A stretch of DNA of 63,888 bases from NCBI RefSeq assembly GCF_001186125.1, contig NW_014040237.1, forward strand, positions 1 through 63,888, given 5' to 3'. This document shows, in pieces, positions 46,601 to 59,405 of this stretch. Both the position numbers and the translations under genes were made by a program. This DNA is from Sphaeroforma arctica JP610. Its lineage: Eukaryota. How positions within the stretch are numbered: the stretch's first letter is position 1; each line of letters starts with the position of its first letter. The notes under the pieces were generated by a model that was not told where the DNA came from, did not search any database, and was given only the letters and a program-made list of their open reading frames with translations.

Positions 46601-49600
46601 TAGGAAGTATCAGTGGGGCCATGTCTGAGGATGATGAGAAGGGGTATGTGCCTGCTGCAGATGGGTGGATAAGTACGCAAATGTTCTAAAAAGTATTATC
46701 ATTTTTAGCCGCATGTGTATATTTTATATTGGAAGTCGTCAGCTTGTTGTGCTGGCGATAGGGGAGTATTGGTTGGGGCGTGTTTGAGGATGACAAGTAA
46801 GGGTGTGTGCTCGCTGCAAACAGTTGGAGATATACGTCGGTGCCTTGGGCAATAGCTTGTGTGGTTTCAAGAAATACGTTTCAATAAGCTCAATATTTGC
46901 AATCGGCGTAGGATGCCATTTTAGCCTGAGACTCATGAACCTACACATGCGATCCCGAACGGCTTGTCGGAATGTGTTGTGCAAGTAGTGTTATATTGCG
47001 AGACGCGCATCGTCATTGTCATACAACACAATGCAAAACAATCTAATTTCCTATAGTATATATCTTGACGTCCGGTTGTAGTATTTGTCCGCATAGGTGG
47101 GCTGTATCATGAGAACATGCTGGCAGCAAGGCTGCCATATAGCGAATCGGTACTGCATCGTCATTCCTGTTGTTGGTTGTGTTTTGTGCTAGGATACTTC
47201 AAATTTGTATATGTCTGCTCATCTCTTTTATTTTTCTTCGACAGCTTCCTGGTCACCGTCATCAAACATCTGCTTGGCCTGGTGGAACAAAAGAAGGGCA
47301 AGGACAACAAGGCGGTGGTGGCGAGTAATATCATGTACATTGTGGGGCAATACCCGAGGTTCCTGCGCGCGCACTGGAAGTTCTTGAAGACGGTGGTGTT
47401 CAAGCTGTTTGAGTTTATGCACGAGACCCACGAGGGTGTGCAGGATATGGCCTGCGATACCTACATAAAGATCGCGCAGAAGTGCTCGACGCACTTTGTG
47501 CACAAGCAGACCGGAGAGGAGGTGGCCTTCGTGGACGAGATTATGGATCAGATGCATACGTATGTGGGTGGGCTAAGACGTTGCATAGCGGAGGCATGGG
47601 TTGGTGGTTTTGCTTGAATGATGGGGTTGCTTCAAGACGAAATTGATCAGATGCAGGATGTGGGTGGGTGTTTTATTCAGTTTATCTCTCACAACGGAGG
47701 CACGGGTCGATGGGTTCACTTAAATGTGGTTTATTGGTGGGTGCCTGCGTTAGTATGATATTGTGGATCAGATACACGCCTATGTGGTGGGTGGGTGTAT
47801 TTTTCACCTACCTGTGATATCGGTTTATGGTGCATATGTCGTCTGCCTACAAACTAATCTTATCTCGTCTTTTTTTTTCTCATTGACTGATTTTTCCTTT
47901 GTATTCTGCACACCTACAGCATCATTCACGATCTGACACCCCAACAAGTCAACACTTTCTACGAAGCCTGTGGCTACATGATCGCGGCACAGAGCGATGT
48001 GACCGAGAGGGAAAGATTGCTGACCAAGTTAATGCACCTGCCGAATGAGTCCTGGGATAGAATTATCAACATGTTAACAGTCAATATCAACGTAAGTTCT
48101 TTCGCCGGTATTAATTGGAATTGTAACATTGGAAGTTCATGATTGTTCATGTCATGGGGTAGACATATCAGCATGATAACAGTCAATACCAACGTAAGTC
48201 CTTTCGCCGTCACTAATTGGAATTGTGACATTGGAAGTTCATGATTGTTCATGTCATGGGGTAGACATATCAGCATGTTAACAGTCAATATCAACGTAAG
48301 TTCTGACATGCGGGTTTCTGAATATTGGAAGTTCTGGTATAAAATTATTATCATGTTATCAGTCAGTTTCTTATTGACATGTTATCAGTCAGTTTCAATG
48401 TATGCTCTTTCGCTTCCACTAGTTGAAAGCTATTGGGAGTTCATAATTATTTATGTTTTGGAATAGTATTACGTTCAGAATTCAAGCTATCAGTCAATAG
48501 CAACGTAATATCGCGTCTTCTTTCTTTTTCTTACTTTGAATTGACATTGGGAATTTATAGTTGTTGGTCAGTGCTGCAAAAGACGAATTCGCATGCGTTG
48601 ATGTACATATGGCAGTACAATGGACTGACGGGATTCTTTGCAATGTTAAACAATCCGTATTTCACTACGGAAATGTACTTCATGCCATTTGCTTCCTTGC
48701 CTGCTTATTTATACTTTTGAGTTTGGATCGCTCTCGGGCATGGATTTGTACATGCACTTTTTGACTTCCAGACATATATATATATATTCGGCTTGACTCT
48801 ACCACCCACTGAACATCCGTAAGCGTGGTATCCCTTTTTTTTTTTTACCTACTTGAATGACTCCCTTGGCTGTCTCGAATGTTGAACGTTCTTCTGCCAA
48901 TGACTTCTGCTCGCACTCTCCACTTAGCTGGAATTTAACACCCTTTTTTTTTAATCTCAATCTTTTATCACAGCATCTACAAGAAAAACAAACACTCAAG
49001 GAGCTGACGTATATCCTCAAGATCAACAGTGCTGTATGCAAACCCGTGGGACATCCATTCATTGTGCAGCTCGCGCGTAACTATATGGATATGCTCAAGG
49101 TGTATCAGGCTTACAGTGATATAATCTCTGCCGAGATACAGACGAATGGTAAGTTTGTGTGCATTCGGGAATTATACATTTTACAGTCTGATCATATCTT
49201 CATTCAATGTGCTAAGAAAAGTGTACTATTTTGAAACACACTGCCATCGACTGGTGCATGTGAGCCGTGTGTACTTCTGGCTTCGATACAACTCTACACG
49301 CAGCTAGTAGATACCTTCTGATTGCTACCACGTACTGTACCTGCGATCACAGGTGAGGCAGGGATGCGGTCACAGCAGATCAAGAGCATGCGAGCTGTGA
49401 AGAAGGAGGTGCTGCGGTTGATGAATGCCTGGGTGACCAAATCCAACGACAACGAATTGGTCATGAACAATCTCCTGCCGCCGTTCCTACTGGCGGTACT
49501 GACAGACTACCGAAATAACGTGCCCCAGGCGAGAGAGCCTGAGGTGCTCAGCGCCATGTGTGCCATCATCAACAAACTAGAACAGGTAAGCACGGAGTGT

Positions 49601-52600
49601 ACTTTGTTTATTATCACAAGCTTAGCCCCTAACCCCATCCCGAAGCATGCATTTCACTTCCCGTACTCCTAATACGACAAACTCGTTCTCTGGGTACACT
49701 CCACTTATTTATATTTCGATACTGGCTGCTTTGCGTATGCGTACTGGAATGTTTTTATACCGCGTGTCCTCCAGACGCGAATACCTCTGCCCATGTGCGA
49801 TTATAGTTTATTTACCTGGTTTCACTCCTATGGTCGTACTGGTGTCTCAGCCTACTCATCGCTTTTTCTGACCCATGCCCACAGAATATCATTCCACAAG
49901 TGCCCGCCATTTTCGAAGCCTTGTTCGGATGCACACTCGAGATGATCAACAAAGACATGAGCGAATACCCTGAACATCGGGCCAACTTCTTCGAGCTGCT
50001 CAAGGCCATCAATCAATTCGCCTTCCCAGCGCTCTTGGCTATCTCGCCGGATCAATTCAAACTCGTAATAGATAGTATCATCTGGAGTTTCAAGGTATGT
50101 TTAAAATTGATTTTGTTGAGACTTGAACTGCGGAAACTTAACGTACGCGCATGCTTGGTTCACTCTGCTGGTACGATTGTGTGCTCGCAAGCATCTATGG
50201 GCGCGATTTTGTACTGCCAACCATGATTGCGCGCTTAAAGTCGATGCAATATTTCTATAGAAATACAGTACTGTGATACCATCTATAGCTGGTAGTGCTT
50301 GATACACTTCGGAGATAACAATATAATTGCATATATGTGGTCCGTAGAGCATGGATGTACCTGAACAGGACCTTTTATAATCCCTGGTTAGGTGCGGAGA
50401 GTAGATTGTATGAGGGATTAATAGTCTTTGTGGAAGTGAGCTGTGTTTCTATTGCATCAGTATGGCCGTGATTCTTGCATCCTGCGTATTTGAGGTCTAT
50501 TATGGAGCGCATCGGTCAACAAAGTCATACCATCGCACTCCCTAGCAGTACCATCATGTGATGTACCATCATGTGATCCTGACTAATGTCTTAGTACACT
50601 TAATAGTCTAATACTCACTCCACACTCGTTCCCTCCTCAGCACACAATGCGGAATGTGGCATCCACAGGCCTGAACATCTTGCACATGCTACTGAACAAC
50701 ATCTCGCATGCGGACGAGGCACAAGGCTTCTACCGCTTATACTACACACTCCTGCTGGATCATGTCCTTGCGGTCATGACCGATTCCAGTCATCAGTCCG
50801 GTATGTCAATGCACAGTGCATTATGATGCGAGCACTTTTTTTTGACTGGCATTATTATTGGACTAACAAGGGAAGAACTTTCCGAATAATGTTTCTATTG
50901 CTGCGATATCCAGCGTGCAACCATATATTTTGTTAAGCACACATGTATATGAGCATCTACATCTGCATATGTATGTTTATATGTACCTTACTATGTGCAT
51001 CCAGAATCTGTGCTTGTATATGAATTTTATTCGCAGGCAACCCCATCTCGTAAGCAGAACTCGAATTCCAATGTCGTGCAACGGAGCTCAGCTCGTCATT
51101 ATAAACTATCCTGTCTCCTTATTTGAATTTTTATTTTTATTTTTTTCTCCCTCTTACAAATCGTCCGCTTGTATTACAACGGGAATTTTACATGTATACG
51201 TACTGAATCATCTAGTATGCACAATGAATTATATTTCTTTTTTTGTTGTTTTGTTTTGTTTTTCTAATTGTACATCGGTCTCTGTTTGACTAACCCTACA
51301 GAATTCGAGGATCTTGCAGCCAATTTAGCGTTTATGATAACTTTAGTAGAAAACAACAAGGTGACGATCAATCTGTTCGAGGCGAATAACCAATCGGGTG
51401 CTGTAGTAAACAACTCACAGTTCGTGAGGCAACACATCCGCGAACTACTCACGGGCGCCTTCCCAAATCTCACAGCGTATGTGGTTGTGCATCTGTTTCT
51501 ATATCATACCTCCATGTGATTGTGAGTGTAGGTGTGGAAATCGTTATCTAAGAGTGTGTAGTTGGAGATGTGGGCGGAAGTGTATTCACGAGTATTGGCA
51601 TGTTTTGCGGTAAGTTGAACCAGATTTCTGCTTCATGGTTTGTGACTGTGCATACGAAGACTATTTACTTGTATCGGTTGAATCCACTTTTTTAGCTTTT
51701 CCAGTGCCGTGTAAGGATTGATTTGTGTTGAGCTGCTCGACTGGTGACATTATCTGTCTGCTAAAGCTTGTCAGGACCAGTTTGTACGTTTTCCATCAAA
51801 TATGGTGTATGATGCTATCCGATTCATAAAGGAGAATGCCTCGCCATTGTTGGACGCAATTGAAGTAATGTCTGAATAATCAATTACTTAAATCTCGCCG
51901 TGATGGTACCTAGGTGTACATTAAGTGCCGTTTGTATGTTGTGCAAGTAATCCGCTGGCGTTTCCGAACAATACCATGTGCTTGTATGTTGTACATGTGG
52001 ACTCGCATATTCAAAATATCAATATATCCCTTTTTCCTTCGCATTTTCTGCATCTTCAGGAATTCGATAGAAAATACAGTAGCCACGCTTTTCTCCACCT
52101 ATATGGATCCCCATCTCTTCAGCCAGACCCTACAAGACTTCCTGGTGAACTTGAAGGTATGTGCAGGCAGCTTATGTTATCTACGTAAACGCGTGTGTAT
52201 TTCTCTAAATCGGTCGCTGATTTGTCTCTATCCCAACGCCGCAATTCATGTTTCATGAACCATAGTCATAAGGTATATTCACCGTCAGGTACAGGCTATA
52301 GCATCAAACTATGAGTTTTTCACACGTTATATCTCCGTATAATGTCGCCACCGTGTTTGTCGTGTATATGTTTGTATGCGTAGCAGGGCATTCAATCACC
52401 TTCTGTAATCACCGGTGTTGCGTGCGCATATATGTACTTGTCCAAGCATGTAATCTCTGAACATGCACAGAATCACATGTTTATCTAGGTAATCACATTC
52501 GTTTATTCTTGTGGAAGCGGTTTTTTATGCCCGCTTTCCCAGGCATAAACGTCCTCTTTTTGGACGCAGGCTTAGTGAGTGTATCTGAGCGGATAAATTC

Positions 52601-53165
52601 GGCACATCATTCACACTTAGGGCGGGAGGCTGTTGTGTTGTGATTTTATTCACTAGCTCTTCGCAACGAGCAATGTGCACTTGACTAACCTCACTTGGCT
52701 CGTTAGCTTACGGATTATCCTCTCATTTCAATCTGTAATCCTTCTTTTGTGTATAGGTCTGGGGAGAGTGCGAGCGCGAACAGCAGCTCGAGAAAGAGAG
52801 CGCAAGAATCCAACTCGAGGTAAGTCATAGTTTTATCGGCTGGCATTGGCTGTCCAATATAATAAATCGAGGCAAGAACAGTGTATGCGGGTCCCTTGCA
52901 GTATCCCGGAGAGGTGTTTGCACTATCTTGAACTAGTTCGATGTATCTTGGTTTTTCGAAGCAGGCTGATTGGAAGCAACATTAAAACACGATCGCGATA
53001 TTTTTATTAATGGTGGTAGCTGGAAATCTGTGTCATCTGGAATTATACATCCAATCTCCTACCTCATCATCTAATCCATACTTTTATCATCTTTCTGAAT
53101 AGGAAAAGCAAAAGGCAATCGCTGTCATCCCTGGCATGACCAAGCCTGCGGATATGATGGACTAA
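40696..53165 (+). CDS. XPO1: Exportin-1 (CRM1)
   Basis: 19 spliced exons running from [25 protein letters not shown] to [15 protein letters not shown] (TAA 53163-53165). Motifs: [164 protein letters not shown]. Confidence 0.97.
48064..48303 (+). repeat. 102-nt tandem duplication spanning an XPO1 exon end and 5' splice site
   Basis: CATG(T/A)TAACAGTCAATA(T/C)CAAC|GTAAGT has its GT at 48092, 48194 and 48296. More degenerate copies extend to ~48570. Confidence 0.9.
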
Positions 53166-54239
53166 GTCTCATCGTTCTGTAGGTGGCCAGTAGGTGTCAA
53201 GCTTTCTACTGCCACCAACGAAAACATCACCGCTCCTCAACAGCAATTGTGTCGGTTCATCATTATTTGTGCCAACTCTTCATCGGTCACGGTGGCAGAT
53301 CAATAACACCGCCATCACACTTCAACAACTCCATCCACTCATCAACAAGGTGTAAAATATAGTAGCGATCTATACTATATCACAATGATCAGGAGTTTCA
53401 CAGCCGAGTTTTACATATGAACGTGCTTCTATGATGTTCGAAATCTGAGCTTTGTACAGATTTTAGATAGTCAGTAACCGAGCATATATTCGCACGTCAG
53501 AATCTCTGTTTTAGCTCATACACCACACACGGACTGCACGTGGATACACATTCAAAGCATTGCACGAATCCACAACGGTGACCTTACCCCTGATGTTTGT
53601 GAGGTCAGTAGGGATGGCATGGACGAAGCCATAATTAGCGAGGTTTTTGTGCTTGTGGATCAATCGTACAAGCTGCCAATCGAGGAGTAAGCTGACATCG
53701 CTGTTCGACCTTGTAGGTTACATGTATGCTGTTTCATATGACGCAATGAACGGCACTCTCCATGATCGCGTGAGTGGACTCGCAGCGATCGCGGTATAAT
53801 GTGTGTACATCTGATGCATGTTTGCCCCATGTCTTCATTGTCTCCACCTGAGGCCTGCATAAGGAACCCAAGACTTGTTCACTCCCTTCGCAGTCCACTA
53901 ATCTCCCGCGCGTAGCTTTGTTTTCGCGTGGAAAAGGCAGTCGATAGAATTGGAAAGACGTATGGCTTCAGCACAGTCATATGCTAGAGGTGATCTAAGA
54001 CATTTGGCCGGATCCCTCATATTTAGAAAAATTGAATAAAGAGTAAAGCAATTTTTAACCTCATGTAAACTTTAACGTGTGTTTTCTCCCCTGTTAAAAT
54101 GTATTATTATATCGGATCAAATGAGGAGAAGGAACTGCAATAGTTCTAGGTCGATCGTCCGCTATGTTCTGATTGATTTATAGTATCTTGAAACTTATAC
54201 GCCAATGGTGTATAGAAAAGATTATTCGTTGACAAGATA

Positions 54240-57200
54240 TGGCGAACACGTGTTAAAAAAATAACTGTGAATCGCATAGCATAGTTAGATCAATCGACCT
54301 TCAACTCGATCAGAAATTGATCATCGCTCGACACGTGTGCCTGTGCAAACTGAACAACAAGGTCTCATCCAATCTAGGACTATTTGAAACCTTGAATCAG
54401 ACTATCATACGAGCGCAAGGGTGTGAAAAAATTTTAGGAAGAAGAGAAATGAAGCGACCCCAACTGCGATACGGTGAAGTTGTTCCTCGGACTGTGCGAG
54501 AAAAGAAAGCATATCTATTTATATCGACGTATTTTTGAAGCAACTTTGAACGCACCGATTTCGTTTCTCTCGAGCATCTATATCCTTCAGAATCTTCAAA
54601 ACAGCAAAAGAATCTTGCCTTGGTTATTGTTTAGAGTTGACTTTTAGAGGGGTTGTGTACGAATCTCATATTTGGGGCATCGTCGCTCCATCGATATTCA
54701 GATCATTTAAAAAATGCGACAGACCAGATGTTCTACCACTCAAAGATAGATCATCCTGGGATACATTCTCGAATTTGATTGTATGGCTTCATATATAACA
54801 TAAACCGGTGTAGATTAAAATTGCCAACATCAGGTATATAAGCATATAAAGTCAGGTATGGTTAAACGTGTCTATGAGCTAAATAAGAACTAGACACTTC
54901 GTCTATGGTACGGCAGAGCTGTTTCTCTAGTTGTGACACATTGAAGGACATCCGTTCCGACACAAGCAACTTACAAAAAGGTCAATCCAATCAAGATGTG
55001 ACAATGTTCTTGCGCACATCCCACTGCTTTTCACCCATCCAATTTTCAGACTGCGCGAAAGAGCTTTCAATTCTATTTTGCCTATGTTAATTATGTGGGG
55101 GTTTAATTCTTCAGCAAGGTTTTACATAACCTTAATTTAGGGCAAAAGAATATCGAGCAAGACAGTCTACATTGCTCCATCAAAGTTGTGGATTAGAGTG
55201 CGACAGACCAGTAACCATACCACAACTGTGCATTCGCGTCTGTACTCACTCGCAGCACACTCACTGAACTTTATTGACAATATTCAATTTCTTATGAGAA
55301 CTCCTGTATCTTGAATTCTCTTTCCGTAGTCCAGTTTCGTTTGCTTCATATCCAAAGACCATAAGTCTTATTTATATTTTGCGTGACATTTAGTAGATAT
55401 ATCGGTTTCATTTGTACTAAGCAACCTTATATGCCTGTGTCTTACAAATTTACCCATAGGTCGATGTCAATTATGCCTTCGGAACCCGAAGAGGGACCGA
55501 CTAAATCTTCGCCACTTTTAAAGTTATAGGTGTTTTTTTTCATTTTGCATTCCTTTCAAGGTGATATCGTGAATCGATAAGTATTGCAGAATTGTTTTTT
55601 GTTTCCTGTTTTGTTGCAGCGTATCGACAAGCTATGTAGCACATGCCCCAACGGAATGATTTTGTGCAACTATTTGTTTATAATCATTGTGCACATATAC
55701 CATAGTTGAGCTCTTTTCGATAGGAAACGGAAAAGATGTTTCTGCTTCCTCAGTTTTGAAGACAGACGTGTACAAGAACAAGCAAGAGTGGTGTAATCGG
55801 TGTTTTTATCGCTAAGAATCCAGCAATGTTTCTATGAACCAAAGTGCCAATATTATATGTAATGCTGTTCTCATATACATTCAGTTAGATAATCGGCAAT
55901 AAGCTAAATGTTAAATAATAAGATATACTTGAAGCCTGGATCTGTATATTGAGCACATAGTCCATTACCAGATACATGACTCAATTAGCGCTCACTACTG
56001 TAATGTGTGTACTACTCATGCGAATTTGCGCGGAGTATCACTGCTCATGTAAAAAAAACGAAGAGTTGCAGTGCTTTTGGGAAATGACAACAGAATTTTG
56101 TACAGTATTGTAATATCAAAGTAAATAATTTGCATGGATATTTTTAGGCTCAGCATTTCGACCCCGGAAACAAAGCGTGATGCACATCTGATTCAATTGC
56201 ATGTGCCAGAATAGAACTGTACTGTAGTATTGGAAAGTCAGATTACGGAATGAAATATATTGTGAGAAAAGCTAATATTCTGCATCCCTAATTGGCGACC
56301 AAGAATTCTTGGGGGGAGATTTAGAAAGCGATATAGTAGAAGATGACATAGTAGATGACAATATTCAACATGATTACGAACTGGAAACAGAAGGTTCAGG
56401 CGAAATAGACGACTTTGATTTAGAGTTAAAATTCGAGTCTGAATTGGCCGCTGAATTCAAGTTAATACCGAGTTTGATCTAGATTATAATGACGTTGCGG
56501 CAGCAGAAGAGCTCGTAGGGTATGGCGCCGGTGATCCAGATGGTGGATCAGAGCGACTGTCCCACGTGAATTTTTTGAAACAATCTAAACTGGACATCAT
56601 CTTAGGTTCACGCAGAGAAACACAGAGAGATGGCGTGTATGCTGGTGGAAGAAATAGGGCTGATATACTTGCTAGTGCTATATGATCAGCGAATACTTTA
56701 ATATGTTTACACGCTGTTGCGGTACGTAACGGCAGAAAGAGTTTTAAACAGTAGTTAGCTAAGACTTCTCATCCACCCGAACTTACTCGGGGATGGGCAC
56801 GACGCAGCCCGTTTGGTGAGCAGAACAGAAAGTCCCTTATGAAAAAAATACGTACCGGAGATCAAAAATATGTTTAAAATGGGCAAGACAGACTCGTCAC
56901 TCAAGATGCAGCCGCGTTCCATACTTGCCCAGCTGAAGTTGATGTATTTGGGGCGCTATTCACTTCCTGGAGAAATGGAAATAAAAACACAGATATCAAC
57001 CATGACTCCGGCGAAAAAAGTGCGGAATGTAATCTAAGCGTCAGAGAGATATCACTAGAGAAACCAAGGAGAGATTAGCTGAAGCTGAAGCGATAGCTAG
57101 AGGCGAGGTGTATTTCCCTCCCACTGGGAGGAAGACTCGTAAAAAGGCAGAGAGTTTCCCTAAGAATTACCAACAAGATATTATGAACATGGTACAGGAA

Positions 57201-57380
57201 GATGTAGCGATCACATGGCAGTCGGTAATTTCAGCACTGAAAGCAAAATATGCAGTAGGAGATGGTGCTCTCCCCGACGACTCTCTTGACGATGATAGGA
57301 TCAAAGCGAAGCTATCTTGTGCAAAACTAAGGCCGAAAAACAACTTATTAGGAGCAGGTTGTAATTGTACTAACTACTGA
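54240..57380 (+). mobile_element. Highly decayed DNA transposon relic, probably Sola3-like
   Basis: Fragments interrupted by frameshifts and stops: CLCK..LGLFETL (~54337), EQDS (~55155), SEPEEGPT.L.RHF (~55480), an acidic linker (~56310-56540), RGWARRSPFG (~56788) and KYVPEIKNMFKMGKTDSSLKMQPRSILAQLKLMYLGRYSLPGEMEIKTQIS (~56846-57000). These resemble motifs I recall from Sola3-type transposases of oomycetes and glomeromycetes. No TIRs were found. Confidence 0.45.
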
Positions 57381-58317
57381 ATGTAAATTTAATGAACGTT
57401 GACCATATCATGACCAATGTTGAGTTACTTACCACTATTACTAGTTATACAAGTCTAGTTTGTGTATATATATAAATATNNNNNNNNNNNNNNNNNNNNC
57501 CAACTCCCGAGAGTGGATTAAGTCTGCCAATCTCAACATTCTAAAAATAGCTATTGTTCTATGAGAGTCACAACCTATGCGGAAAGGCATCATGTGATCA
57601 GCGTGAGATTTATTTGCAGAGAAGTCTAAATAGAATAACATCGAAGTGTTAAAGTGTCCTGCAGAAGGTTTCTCATACTGGCCATATGAGTTCTTACCCT
57701 GGCCAGCCCAAGTGGCTGAACACCAGGACAAACACCTTTTTAGGTATATAACCTAAGGTGGGGTCAGAAATAAATACATACATTTGCACTCTATTTAAAG
57801 TCTTCTAAATTGCACTCTTAACAACTTATCAGGCCACTCTGATGTCGTGCAATCAAGATACCTACTGTGAATTTTAAGAATATTAAGACCACCACTATTC
57901 TCGAAACGAAGGTCGACTGGCTTCTTTGGGAAGCTCAGACCATTCTATCCGTGAATTGTGAAGGAATTCCAACAATATGACCGATCCGACCCCGTCTAGA
58001 GGCCACCGATGGTCATATAATGAAATCGCCGAGGCTTATCAGATTTTCAACCGCACCTTATCGACAATACTGCAGACGGAGATCAGTCAATTCATTGATA
58101 AGCCGTGGGAAGCTTTTGCCGCACTGCAACGCAAGTTTAAAGCCCTGGCCGAAGATGCTATCCAGATATTAGAAGGGAAACTGAACTGCATCACTCAAGA
58201 ACGAAACGAATATCACGGCAGTCTTATCGGTCGTCTCCACACGGCATTTGTGAAATTTTAAAACGCCGGAGGATCGAAGTCCAACAACAGCCTATGCGCT
58301 ATTATACGGCAGACTGT

Positions 58318-58680
58318 TAACGACGATAATCAGACTGTTAAGATTACGTTGAAGACACCCGCTATGATGGCCATGTCGTATGATGAGCTCACCACGTACC
58401 TCATTGCGTTGGATCCAGACGAAAGTGACCCGTCAACCGTTGTGCACGGAGCACATGCAGCTATATCGACAATATTGTGCATTCTGCAACAATCGTAGAC
58501 AACGATAATCATACTGTTAAGATTACGTTGAAGACACCCGCTATGATGGCCATGTCGTATGATGAGCTCACCACGTACCTCATTGCGTTGGATCCAGACG
58601 AAAGTGACCCGTCAACCGTTGTGCACGGTGCACATGCAGCTATATCGACAATATTGTGCATTCTGCAACAATCGTAGACA
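58318..58680 (+). repeat. 179-nt tandem duplication within copia gag
   Basis: CGATAATCA(G/T)ACTGTTAAGATTACGTTGAAGACACCCG... at 58324 and 58503. Confidence 0.92.
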
Positions 58681-58914
58681 TTCCATCGGGTAATGCGGTA
58701 AGCTACAAGCGTTAATAAAATCATGCGTTGCTGGGTACGCAGGTAATCAGTGTCGTATACCTTACGATCGACAGATTGACAAGTCAGGTTCTCGTCACGA
58801 CATGAAAGACTACAGATACATGTCCAAGAATAATGACAAGCATATCCGATCTGATTCAAGTCGTGGCTACCGTACACGTGAGGAAAGATACAACAGAAAC
58901 AAACGTTACCAACA

Positions 58915-59405
58915 ACGCTACGATACTCACGATGATTATGACCGACAGTACTACCGAGCAGATAGATACAATCGACGCCACTACGACGATGGTAGATATT
59001 TACGAGATACCCAACGTTCACAAGGCAATGACAAAACATATCGATTCTAGGGCAATCGACACCAAGCTCATGAAGACAGACAGGACAAAGCAATGTCAGC
59101 ACAATGATCAGCATCTGCTAACAGACAGATTGCATTCTCCACAATTAACCCTACAATCGCTACGATAGTCACGATGATTATGACCGACAGTACTACCGAG
59201 CAGATAGATACAATCGACGCCACTACGACGATGGTAGATATTTACGAGACACCCAACGTTCACAAGACAATGACAAAACATATCGATCCTAGGGCAATCG
59301 ACACCAAGCTCATGAAGACAGACAGGACAAAGCAATGTCAGCACAATGATCAGCATCTGCTAACAGACAGATTGCATTCTCCACAATTAACCCTACAATC
59401 GACTA
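58915..59405 (+). repeat. 242-nt tandem duplication within the copia gag-pol linker
   Basis: GCTACGATA(C/G)TCACGATGATTATGACCGACAG... at 58917 and 59159. Confidence 0.92.
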
